A DNA stretch of 64,000 nucleotides from Paragordius varius (Eukaryota; Animalia; Nematomorpha): positions 1,364,001 through 1,428,000 of the forward strand of contig OZ176060.1 of the NCBI GenBank assembly GCA_964247055.1, given 5' to 3'. The number at the start of each line of letters is the position of its first letter. Positions within the stretch are counted from its first letter, which is position 1. Of this stretch, positions 49,601 to 63,900 are shown one piece after another. The notes under the pieces are model-generated. The model saw only the letters and a list, made by a program, of their open reading frames with translations. It made no database searches and had not been told where the DNA came from. A program made the position numbers and the translations under genes.

Positions 49601-52600
49601 AACGTACGTTCATTAACAGAAACCAAACAGGTAATAATTGAAAAGGAAATGGAAAGATTGAACTTAGATCAACTGGGTCTAACGGAAACCAGGCAAAAAG
49701 GTAGCGCGAAAGCACAAAACAAAAATTATACATTGTTAAGATCGGGGAGAGATGACCAGAAATCAGAAGGCTTGCAGTATTAATAAAAAACAAATTAAAT
49801 AAAAGTCTCATTAGTTATACACCATATACACCCAGAATCAGGAGTATTAGACTGAAAGCTAAGCCACTTAAATTTCCATACATAGTAGTTAATGCTCTTA
49901 CGTCAAATGCTCCCAAAGAAGACATAGAGGATTTTGATGCAAAGTTGCAAATAGTTTTGGATGAAACGAAGAAAGGAGATATGATTATCATAGGAGGTGA
50001 TTGGAACAGCAAAGTTGGTAGAGGTAGAGTAGATCAAATAGTTTGGTCATATGGATTGGGAGAACGAAACGAGGCTGGGGAGGCACTTATCAATTTTTGC
50101 CAGGAAAAATGTCATGCGATCGAATTCTCTTGAGAAAAACACAATTTTGGGATGGTAGAAGGACAAAGGAAACGAGGCCGACCACCGATGAGGTGGTTGG
50201 ATAAGATAAAAGAGGAGACTAAAATGATATTGAGCGATCTCAATCTTGCGGTAAAAGATAAAAGAAAGTGGAAAGAAATAGTCAAAACTATATCCAAAAA
50301 GTCGTTTACGACTTAAGAATAACCAACTAAATATGCATTTTCTAATAGACATCAAAATTTAGCATATATCTTATTTTTTATCGCGGAATCTCAGCATTTT
50401 TCGTTATTTAAATTTTATTCACCTAAAATTGAAATTATTTGTGTTGATTAATAAAAGAAAGATAATTGAATAAGCTCATGTTTATATCTAAAATTATTTT
50501 AACAAATTACCAAGGATGTGCACATTTGTAACTGGCATTATGAAACCGTTTATGATATGCTATTTAATTTTCAGGCATTGGATGATTTTTTATCTTACAT
50601 TTAATAATGATGAGAAATAATTATCAAAAAACAAATAGAATTAGCTATTAACCACCATATATAAGCTTACAAAAAAAATTGTTAGGTTGATTAACTTGTT
50701 TAATGCAAATTTATTCTATTTTTTAATTGGCTTTAATTACGGACAAAACTATCCTCGTTTTACTGAATACTCGCTTCAAATATTAATTTCGGTTACAGAA
50801 TAATGCATTTTTTAAATTTTTATACTCTTTCGTGGCCGGTCATTCATGTATTAAATGACTAAAAGAGTAGTTAATTTACATGTCATTCAGCATATCTGAA
50901 TTTTTTCGTTTTTATACTTATATATTAATAGTATAAATAAAAAATACAGATTAATTATCTGGGATAGGAAACTAAGTTTTATGGTACTATGATGTAAATT
51001 TATGTTTTTTAAAAACTATATCATAAATAAAAATTTTTTTACACCATATTAATATATTATTACATATGAGTTTAAATTACAATATACAGGAGTTTTGTAA
51101 CACAAACAACATAAGGTAAAATTAAGCATTTATATCTAACATTTTTGCATAATTAGCCATGGAGTAACTTTTTTATGCGTGGCCTATTGACACATTTAAA
51201 TTTACCACATATATATTGGTAACTTTTTTCAATTACCAAATAGTTTTATCCTTTGCTTAAATTTAAAAAATGTAACGCACATAATTCTTGATAACAATAT
51301 CATTGTTTAATAACTAATTTTTGTTGCGATACAATATGAATAATTCTGGCCAATCTTTATAAAAAAATTATATAATACTACCTATTTTTTTTAAAAAAAT
51401 TAAATTAAGTTTGAACAAAGTATTTATCAAATAAAAAATTATAACATTATATTTCATTGCGAACTAAATCAGGCGCTGTATTTTTTTCTTTTAAATTGGG
51501 AAAAAAAATAAAATTAAGGATAATTAAAAAAACGATATGAAACTTGAGATATTATAATTTATATATCAGATATATACAATACATATAATTAGGTTTTTTT
51601 TAAATCTCATATAAAATAATCGTGTATTTCATAATTCACAATTAAAATATTATGAAATTTAAAATAATATTAATAATTACTCTTAGCTAAATCTCAACTT
51701 TATTTTATTTATTAAAAAAACTTATATATCAAAATAAATTATTGATCTATCGCTTGTTATTTTTTTATTTTTTGACATCTGGTTTATGAGTGTATTTACT
51801 GTTTTATTTTAGATATGAGCGGGAATTTGAGAGTATATAAATTAATACAAAATAGGCGTTCATGTAATGGAATATACCAATCAGTATAAATTCCAGTAAA
51901 ACTTTGTTTTAAAACAAATGGGATTTTTCCGGGTTAATGGTTGATATTTACTACTGTAAAACATATTTTGTATTATATATACACTGAAAAATCCTCTCAG
52001 GTAAGATTCCAAAATACAACAGTAAATTAATTATACACTCACAAACCAGATGTCAAAAAAATTAATATATAAAAACAAAATATTATAAATTTTATTTTAC
52101 ATATGAGTTATTTTTACTGTATATTAGTGGGTTTAGCTAGTAAATAATTAAAAAAATTATTTTAATATAGTTCATAATATTATAATTTATAATTTAAGAA
52201 AAATTTTTGTTAATTTTTGGTATAATATATATATATATATATATATTCATATATAGACAAAATCAAAATCTACGGAAAATCAGATAACTCTAAAAATACA
52301 CAAGATTCAATATTGATTTATGATAACAATTATATCATGATACCCAATTGGTGTTTTTTGATGAAAACCTTGGAATGGTGGAAAATACAGTTGTCCTCAA
52401 CCTACATATTTGATTTTCTTAAAATATACAAAAGTTTAATTTTATAAATATAATATATAGCATCTAAAGCTCCGATTGACGTTTCAATTGGATTAGCATC
52501 GGGTTTACATTACCCTTGTAAAACCAAAAACTTTTCATTAATATCCATTTGGACTTGTGAAAGCATGGAACAACAAAATCGTACATCTTTATTAATTTTT

Positions 52601-54919
52601 TAGTTGGAAAATTTGGATCCCCCATTGGGGATATAATTTATATTCAAAATAACAACAAAAACGAAAAAATATATATATGTGAGATTGAAATATTTGCAGA
52701 CTTAAAAAACAAACAAAGTTTTTATTTATACTATAATAAAGATTTAATAATCCCTATTAAAAACAATATAAATATAAACCATATAATGCGGTGTAAAAGT
52801 CAGGATTCTAAAAGTAATATGGACTTTAAATTGGATTCGTTATATTTAATTAACGAAATTCATATCCTTTTATCAGACTTCGGTATAATAAATTTAGATT
52901 TGTTTAGAACCTAGTAAAATACTAACAAAAGTCGGGTATGTTGAGACAAAACTATTTGCTATTTGTTGGGTAATTGATGTTTTAAGTCCTTTACTCGAAA
53001 AACAGTGTAACGAGGAAAATATTGGCAACATAATCAGGTTTTATTACGTATAATGCTTAGTTTGATAATACAAACACCAAACGTCATTTTAAAAATATGT
53101 GGAATCAACATTTTTGGAAGGAGAACGAATTTTCAAAGTTACTTTTTGTTAATACTATTATTATATACTTTGTATATATCTATTTTAAAATATTCGTTTG
53201 TAAGAAAAGCCGATCTGTTTTTTTCATAATAAGATTAATAGAATTAGGGTTAAAAATTGTCAAAGGCAGCACTGATGGCTTTAGCAACTAATAAATTGAT
53301 TAAAAAAATAAATATTACCAATCAGCATTAACCGGATAAGAAGGGATGGATAAATAATGGGAATAACAAATTCAAGTTTACAATTTACAAAAGTAGTATC
53401 ATCTATATATTTATAAAAATGGAAAATGCTGGCTTTGTGATCTGTTTCCGGAAAACCGGTGGACCCATTCAAATCCAAACATCGAAAAAAAATAATAATT
53501 AATAAACGCCTCGACAAAAGCTTAGCCCTTTTTTTTGAAATAGGCCCCTAGTTCGGGCCCACCCTGAGTAAACGCATTTTTGTTGAGAAGTCCATAAAAA
53601 TCGTGTCTTTGAGACAATTTTCCGGAGAACGTGTTGGACCATTCAATTATGATTTTTGTTTACTTAATTTCGATTGCGCCGAACATAGTCTCGTTTTTTA
53701 TTTTAGGCCCTCTTTTTACCTGCTCCCCCCGTAAAATGCCATTTTTTTCAAAAAACAAAGTCCACAAAAATAATTTTTTAGATCTATTTTTGGCCCTAGG
53801 TATGAAACCGTAAAAATTTAATTGGTTCCACGTATTTCCTGATAAAAGTCAAAAATTTTAGTCATCTTTTATATGATAGCTGCTGAGTAAAAAGCTACCC
53901 GCGAAAAATTGACCCGTCATATCAAAATCGCGTGCTTCTGGGGCTAAATTTCAGAAAATCTATAAGGCCATATGAGTTTAATAGTTGCTTAAAGAATTAC
54001 CCGTAAAAAGTCAAAAATTTTAGTCGAGCGGATTTTTAGAGTTAGCCGTTAAATAAGTTTTGCTATTCTTCCATAAACTATTAGGAATGAATGATTCCAG
54101 GTAAATGGCAAATTTTTTTATCTAACTACATTTTTATATTGGTCTCTGGGTAGGGGGCTGGCCTTTGGAGCCAAATTTTAGAAAACTTATGAGATTATGT
54201 GAACTAGTGCCGCATAACAAAATTGCTCATAAAATCAAAAATCCCCCCAGAAGTCCGGAGGACTTCCTCGAACTGCGTAGCAGCACGAGATTTACGCTAG
54301 TAATCGTATAAATTAAGTTTTAAAATAGGATATATAATTTTTATTCTTGCGATAACGATTATTATATATATATATATATAATATATCCCCTCAGCATACA
54401 GCTTCATATATTACATCATAAGAGCCTCAGCTGTATCATATGTTGAAATCTTAATTTGAAAAAATATGTTTAATATTCGATATTTTCAATCAATAGGCAT
54501 CCTTGTTGAAAAGTTATTATATCTAACTAACAATTTGAGAGTTATATAAACTGTAAATTATAAGCCAATAAAACCAATTCAAAATTGTTTAAGCGGTAAT
54601 ACCCATTTATATATTATTATTTTTGTGCTTTACGTATTATCATCTCAGTGGCGCATCATTTGTAGCGTCTGACGCACAATTATGGCGCTCCCTCCTTTTT
54701 TTAAAAAATACAAACGTCTCGTACAGTCATATACATTTAGAATCTATCATATATAACTAAATTTATTCACATTCAATTGCAAACATTTAGATATTCTAAT
54801 AAAGTCGTTAATAAGGAATTTATAAAAACACATTAATTTTCGGTTCTTATATTGCTATTGTTCTTATAATACGAACAAAGCAATAACTCTGCATCCAAAA
54901 ACAAATGTATGAAAAATAG

Positions 54920-54953
<34 letters not shown>

Positions 54954-57900
54954 TGAGTGCAAAAAAAGTTTTGACAGAATATTATTTTTCATGATATTGC
55001 TAATGACGAGGGTATTCATTTGTCGTAAATTTTTTTATTTGTTTACGACCTAGTTTGTAAAATGTTCAGCGAATCAAAATGGGCAAAAAGTGAAAATTAG
55101 GATAATTTAAAATAATAATTATAATAGTTAAGATATTATGGTTGATTATCATTTTAGGAGATATTTTCGCTATATAAATAGCCTAAAATTATATAGATAG
55201 GGTTGTATATCATATCAATTTAAAAGATGGCATTTTTCTTTTAACAGACTTAAAAAACAAAAATTTTTTTTGAAACTAAATTAAAATAAATTTTTTTAAA
55301 TATTTATTTGTTAAACTCACTATTAAAATCTTAACCATCATATTATATGTAAAAGAAACATATATTAAAATAATACTAAAAAAATATTGTTTTTTTTCAT
55401 TTTTTGTCATCTGGTTTATGAGTATATAATAAACTTCTGTTTTATTTTAAATATTACATGATAAATTATAATTAATGATAGGATTTACAAGTGAAAAATC
55501 AACCAAAACTCCGAACATATTCAGTAAATATATTTATTTGTCTTATAACAAACTTGTTAAGGGATTCGTAAAGATTGATGGTTTCTACTACTTTCAAATC
55601 CTATTTTGCATTATATATATTATAATTCCCATTCATGTAAGATTTCAAAATAAAACAAATTTTTAATTGACACATAAACCAGGACAAAAAGTAAATAATT
55701 AAAAAAAAAATATTTTAATATAGTTTCATAAAAATATTTTTGTCTTAGAGTATGCTATATGAAAAACGCCAGCTTTGGAAGTGAGATATTAAACATACCC
55801 TAACTATATGATTTTAGGCTATGCTTAAATTGAAAATCCTAACATAATATCTTATGATTTATTATTATTTTTTGAATTATCTTCAATTATAATTTCACTG
55901 TTTACCCAATTGATTTTCTCTCATAATTCAAATATGTCGTCAACAATTAAATAGCGGCAAATGAATTCGCCTGTCATAAGCTATCTCATGGGAAAATTTT
56001 TTTTCTAAAATTAACCCTCTTTTTTGCACACAATGTTAACACTCTTAATATTTTAATTTTTATAAAAATATTTTAAAGTCATAATAGGTTATTATACAAG
56101 GTTAGAACTTATTAATATTATATAAAAAACAGGTTAATATAATCAACCAAGTTCTGGATCAAGTTATCGACATTTCTAATCGACATTTCTATGATAAGTT
56201 GAATTGTAACAAATATATTAAATGATTGTTCTCTTAACAGAATAAATCAAAATTATTATCCCTTATATAAAAAAGAGCACATGGTGGTTAACTAGTCCTT
56301 TTACATATTTTTTGACAAATCATTAAATTTTCCTTTACCTCAGAAGGGGAAGGCTAAATACGGCTTCTTATGTTTTTTTGTATATATAATCTCCCGCTCT
56401 GTAATTGTAAACATTTAAAACAAAGAGTTTTATTGAGACAGCTTCATAATAAAATTATGTCTGAAAAATTATAAAAAAATGAATTATATAAAATATTCAA
56501 ATAATTTATAATCCATCATTTTATATATTTAATTTTGAATAGATACAAACATTGCCCCATATGCCGAAGTTGGTATGAGCTCCTACCAAAGTTCAGCTAA
56601 ACGAGCTATTGATAATTCTTTTTATTGTTCTTCTACAAAAAGAGAATATTTTCCTTTTTATGAATTAAGATGGACATCATTTTATCAAATCGACGGAGTA
56701 GCCATATCCTTAACAAATAAATATAATTTGTTTGGATTAAATCTAATAGTTGGGCTTTACAAAGAAATAAATGATGCTAAAATTTGTTTTAAATATGGTC
56801 ACAACGATACATTCGACACAAATTTCGAAAAATATATAATTATTAACTGTGCACAACTTGTGATTGGGAAATATTTAACAATTTATTTAAACACATATGA
56901 AATCGGTTGTTATACATATTAATTATAGGATACTCTATATTAAAAATCTGTAGTTTACATGTATTTGGAAAACAAAGTCTTGCGACATTTGGTATCATAT
57001 ATATAAATATATATATATATATAAATAATATGTTAAATTTTGGGTCTATTTTGTACTTTTGAAAACAAACTTTTGGGGTAAATAACGGTCTTTTAAGCAA
57101 AAAAACAAGGAAAACAAAAGCTAAATGCAAAATTAAACATAAATGATCTTAATCTTTGACGAGTTTTTTTAAATAGGGTATAACAAAACATAAATATATT
57201 AATAATTAATACTATATAACTTATTAAATTTTGATTGGCATTTTAACGAAATCATAAGCTTTTTGTATACTATTAAATTTCAAGTCCACTACACTTAGCC
57301 TGTTTACTAAAACGTACAATCCACCCCCAATCATTTTGATTTAGGTCATATTAAGTATATAATAAAAAAACCCTAACTCCTAAAAATGGGCTTGTTGGTT
57401 TTGGAGCACTTAAACTTTCATAATTGTCGCATACTGATAAATGAAAATATGACTGGTTCATTTAATATTCATTTCTGATATAAAATCGATTTAAAGATTT
57501 ATATTTTTAATACCTGAGAAAAGGGCACTGTTGATAGTAATATTTTTGTTTTATACGTTGATTTCTTAAAACAATATAATGTAAAGAAATTAATCATTGA
57601 ATTGAGTATAAATTATAGGAAGATTTGTTTAGTTGTCCAAATTTAAGAAAAATGGTTATTATGATTCAAAACACGCAAAATTGACCATATTATTTAAATC
57701 TGAACCTTCTCGAAAAAATCATTTAAAAATTTAAAGTTAATTTATTAGCTGATATTTTAAAGATTATATATTTTATGTCTTCCAAATATAATAAATCCAT
57801 AACAATTGTTAACCTTTTGTGTATGTTAACTTAAAATCAACATTTATTTTTTTTATTCAAAATAAATTTCTGCAAATACCATTTTTCAGTAAAATCAAAA

Positions 57901-60900
57901 TTTTTTCAACAAACGCAACATTTTTGCAATTCAACGCGACATTGTCGTTATTTGAAAAAATTTGCGCTTGGTTGAAAAAGTGTTTCTTTTGACAAATGGC
58001 ATAACTCAAAATACATTAAAACTAATTTAAATCATTATAACTGAATTTTTTATGTATTTGTTTTTTTGAAAAATAAATTCTTTTTATCAGAATCTCCCAA
58101 AATTATCAAAATCGAAACTTCATCCGGTAATTGGGACCAATCAATTGTTTCGAGCTCAATAGATTATAATTTGCCGACAAAGTATATGATGACCAAAATG
58201 CGATTATACCCATATATTCGAATAACTTTGGAAACGGATCATATTATTTGGGGATTATATATTGCTAAGAAGCGTGATGAAAGTATCTGTTAAAGTATAA
58301 ATAGTATTTCCTAAATCAATACTTACAATTGGTTATAATGTGTCATTTGAATATAACACTTTATGCAATATTATTCCTACACACATGATGGAGAATTCTA
58401 TATATATAGAGTGTATGAAGGACTCTTCCACACAAAGTAAGAATTTTAATTGTAAATGTTAGCTTTTATTGATGGAACTCAGATTTCATATGTCGGATGT
58501 TACATTTTTAATATAAACGAAAATTTAACAGAAATTCATATAAATGATAAATTAGCTTTTAACGATCAAGATTGCATTATTTCGTGCTTTAAACGTAAAT
58601 ATAAATTTTCGGCAGTGAAGCTATCACAATGTTTTTGTGCCAACGATATTGGAAAATATGGGGAGTCTGAAAATTTATGTAATGAGCCATGTACTGGTAA
58701 TATAGGGCATGGATGTGGTGGAAAACAAGCTTATAAAGCTTATTTTACTGGTATTTGATTATATTTAAAGCGAAAAATATTTTAACATAGGTCTTTAATA
58801 GTAAAAATAATAATTTATTTTCATCATCGATCCTGTTCTCATATGATTGCGTATAAAGATAGCCATTTTATATGAGGCATTTATTGGTTTTAAACCAATC
58901 GTGATATGTCTTTGACAGCTTTTGCGATTGAGATTGTCAATCCAACAATCTGTTCATGTTGCCCCAGAATCTGGTTTATTCTGAGGAAGCAGGATATATC
59001 GGTGTATTTTTTAAATTTTATTGTTTGTGTTTTGCTAAAATAATTGTCGTTATGATTAGTAGAGGAGTTTTGGATTTTTTTCATTTCGCATAATTTATTT
59101 TCGTTGATTTGATTGTCAATATTTGCTAACAACTGTTAGAAGGTCGCAATCAATCGCATAGATTCTTTTGTTAGCTTAAAATGTTTTTTTGTTATTTGGA
59201 TGTCGGAATGTTGCACATGCATATGTGTTCTTGTTATGCATTTGGTAAGCTTGCTGTTTAGTGATCAAATATTATATGTCTAAAATCTGGGGGTTATAAA
59301 ACTACTGAAATATATATATTTTGATAGGAAAATGTATCAGGATTATCTAAAAAAGTAATTCCCACTTTTCTGGGTGCATATAAGAAAATGCCAAAATTTG
59401 TGCATATTTTTTTAAATAAGTTTTTTAAATAGAAACCAGAGGCTTCATTCCAAATTATCACCATAATATATAATAAACTACATATAAAAAATTATAAAAT
59501 GTTTTTTTTACTAATTTTGATTTTCAGTTGTGCGGTTTACCTTATAATATTTAATTAAAACCATTTTTACATGTGTTAATGGATGGAGCCAGTTCCCCAT
59601 AAGATGGATTTATAATTCAGTTAAACTCTTTAATATATTATCATACTTCAATAATCATTTTTTAAAATTTATATTACATTTTTTAATTATATGAATACAG
59701 TTTGTGTAATAATATGTAATTTATATATTTTCTTTAAAAGTTTTAAACAGCCAAAACATCAAATTTTGAAACTAAGTTTTAAAAAGTTTTCCATTTATTC
59801 GCTACCAACTTTTTTTGACAAAAGAATGAGTTATTTCTTAAACTACTAATGTATGAAAATAGAAAGTTTATAAATGTCTATTTTATTTTCATTAATTTAT
59901 ACCTGAATACTTGTATACCAACGACAGATCATGTAATGATAAAATTTTTAAAAAATATTTAAAATATTTTAAAAATTTTGATTCTATATAAGGACACGGA
60001 ATATAAAACATAGCGTAGGTATTTATTTATGGGATTTTGAAAAATAAACCTCAAAAATTGTGTTTTTGTTAGACAATTGTTTCCAGGCATATTAAATTCA
60101 ATATAAATTTTAAATACGTTGAACATGAACTTGTTCGAGCCCATTAGCCGCAATAGCTGATAACATTGTTTTGAAAAGTTCTATACAAAAAAAACGAAGC
60201 AATAAAAACAGACTATATAAATAAAAAGTAGTTTTAGATATTCACAATAAAAGCAAACATTTTCCAACGCTTTTTGTCATTTTGGCGCTAGTTAGGGCTA
60301 CATATCTGTTAAATTAGCAAACGAATGATATCTTTAAGAATTTCAGTGATGGTTTTAGGTTTTCGTTAAAGGAATGTAATTCATTTGCTTTTTACAATTG
60401 GCCGCTCAATACATCAATCTCTGTAAAATACGCGACCTAATAAATATAACTTGGCTTTAGAAAACCTATTATACCGATTAAATAGTGATACCGGGTCACC
60501 ATAAAAAGAGCGATAGGGTCCAACATATTATAATTATTGAATAATAATCTATATATTTATAAAAATGGAAAATGCTGGCTTTGTGATCTGTTTCCAACCG
60601 GTAAACCCATTCGAATCTAAATATCAAAAAATATAATCATAATGAATGCCCCGCCAATAACTTCGCCCTTTTTTGATAAAGGCCCCCAGTTCGGGCCCAC
60701 TCCGTGTGAAAATGGGTTTTTTTCAAAACAATCCACAAAAATTGTGTCTTTGAGACAATTTTCCGGAGAACGTGTTGTACCATTCAATTTTAAATATGAT
60801 TTTTGTTTAGTTATTTCGATTCGCTATTTTAATTTAGGCCCTCTTTTTACCCGCTCCCCCCGTAAAATGCCATTTTTTTCAAAAAACAAAGTCCACAACA

Positions 60901-63900
60901 ATGATTTTTTAAATCTATATTTCGCTCAAGTAAACAATATATTATTATGAATGCACAATTTTGAAATTCCTATGAGATCATAGCTATCAAATAATGTTTC
61001 AAATAATTAACATATCTGGATTATTTTATTGTCCCTTTTTTTAAATAGCCGCCCAGAAGTTCGTAGGACTTCCTCGGGCTGCGTAGCTGCACGAGAACTA
61101 CGCTAGTAAATTATATTTATTGAATAAAATTATTAGCAAAAAAAGAAAATATTACCATCTTTTTTAAATTTTGACACATATATTATTTTAAATTTTATTA
61201 ATTAAATGTGTTTTTTAATGTTTTTAAAACCAGTGGCGCGCAATATTCTTTGTGGTTTTTTATATTTAAATAAATCAGCTATCAGTTATGTTAAAAACTT
61301 GGATAATAATTTCATCAAAAAGAAGATTTTCAAAATATTAGAACTTTTGTCCATAAACATATTCAAAATTATATGAAACTGGAATCTACAGATAAAAAAT
61401 TTTTGGTATTTAAAGTAAAAACGGTTTAAATTTTAAATCTATAGTGAGTAATTTGATAATGGAAATTATTTTCGATGCAAAAATCAATTTTTAAACGTTA
61501 TTGTCATGTTAAAGATATATGCATACGAAAAAAAAGTAATTCTTAAAATATAATGCGAAAGCAATAAATAATTTTAATAGTGTTGAGTCTACCAGGTGAA
61601 CGGATTCTAACCGTGCTTAAAAAAACTAGTCAAACACTTTAAAATATATATTTATCACTGATTAAAATTTATTAAAATAATAAATATACCTTTTTGATAA
61701 GCGTTCGGATCGTTTAAAAATAATTCAACAATCCAAATCATATCTTAATATTTATATGCATCATTGTTGTTTATATAGGTTATAGAGAAGAATGGTTTTT
61801 CTATGGCAGTGTTCCGGGAAAATACATGCAGATTATAGCAACAATTGATGTACCTGTATATTACTCTCTTTGCCAATTGACTATTATTGGACGACCCTTA
61901 AATTATACAGGCGAAAATATGGCATTTGGCAAAGTCGGCTTTGAGAAAAATAGAAACTATTATTCAGAAAATTATAATGGGCAGAATTTATATCGAAATC
62001 CCTCATGCAGAAGTTTTCTCGAATTATATTTATATAGAATTGACCTATATCCAAAATCCATGGTTCACTCTGGATTTAAATGCGATTGCTGAAATCTCTG
62101 GTGTTTATGTAGATGTGAAAAATCAATATAATTCATGGATTTTTTCAGACTATTTACATGTATTTGTGGGATATTCGGAGGATTATAATCAAAATTTTTT
62201 ATGCACTAAAAGCCAGTATAAAAAAATCATATATTAAGATCCCAGTTATTTTTTAGCCAATGTCCTTTTTTAAAAGGCCAATATGTGACAATCGTATTAA
62301 TGAGTTACCAAGGATCTGAAACTTTTTTTATCTGTTATTTTAATGTTTATGGGACGATCAAATATAATTATCAAAGTTGTCAAGTTTATAATGTATTAGA
62401 CAATATTGCTTATAAAAAATTAGCTTATACCAGATTAAATTATGCGCATCATATAACTGATGGTATTTTAAATAACTGTTTGGGCACATATTCATCTAAT
62501 ACATATATTATTGATTTAAATTATCCTCATCTAATATATGCAGCAAATTTAATTTTTAAGAACAGTATTATATTCTCTTACTTTAGAACAAAGTAGTGTA
62601 GTGCATATTAGTGTGTCGATGGGTTGGTATACTCTGTCTGCGGCAAATATAATTTGTAATTTATTTACATCCAATCAACAATTATATAAAAACTGTACAA
62701 AAGTTATTACTGGGAAATTTGTTACTATGGAATCCAAAACACAAGAAGAATTTTTGTTATGTGAAGCCGAAGTATATGGCAGAGAAATTGCAAGTGCGTA
62801 CTTTCTATAATTAAGATGATATTTCAAGAGATATAGGGGATGCATCTCAGTCATACCGTAGCATTTCTGATCCAAATGTGGCTTTAGACGGAAACTATGG
62901 CTACATCTATTCACTTTCATGGCTAACATGCACCTTCGTACCTTCAATTATTAAAGACCCATGGTGGATGGTTCATTTACGCTCTATTTATGTCATATCG
63001 GGGATAGAAATATACCGAAAATTGGATAATTGTGATAATGGTAGATCAAACATTAACACTTATAGATAAAAAAGTATACAATTTTCAAATTCGAGTTGGG
63101 TTCGACAAGGATTATTTAATGAATGATATATGCGCCGAATATAAAGGATATATGTATCAAACAAATAATACCATTGTGTTGAATTGTGTAAGCTCTAGTA
63201 TAGGTTTTATCTTTTGTTATTTCAGATATTTTACACAATGATTATTCAATGTATGGCGATACCGTTTCTATCAATATCATAACTGATGCCAAAGACATAA
63301 ATGCAAATTTAATTATTTGTGAGTTAGTGATAACGGGATTAGATATTGGATTTATGGAAAGTTATTACCTTAATAATTTTAGCATCTATCAAAAATATTG
63401 GATGTTTTAACGAAATACAAACTAATTCTCTCTATGATCCAAAATATAATTTAAGTTTATCCAAAGAAGATGATATATTAACAAACATCTTGGCTTTCAA
63501 AGTTGATTGCAACCGAAAATGCCGTACTCTTGGATTAGATTTTTCGGCAATATATGGTTAAATAATGTTTAAAAAATTTAGGCGGAATAAAATGTTTTTG
63601 CGTTAATGAATTAAATAATAAATTTTTAAAAATAAATGATAGGGAGTGTGATCTATGTGAAGAACATTATTTTTGTGGTTTAAATTCCATATTCATATCT
63701 GCAACTCAATTAAGTACATTTAAAACTAATTATTAGTTAATGTCGGTTATAATAAATGGGTGGAAACAGATTCTAAAGCTTTTGAAACAGCCTTAACCGA
63801 TGGGATCACTGATGTTTTTGCAACATACAGCTGTATTACCATAAAAAAATGGTCAAAATTAGAACTAGATTCCGTTTATTCCATTGTTGGCATGTATATA

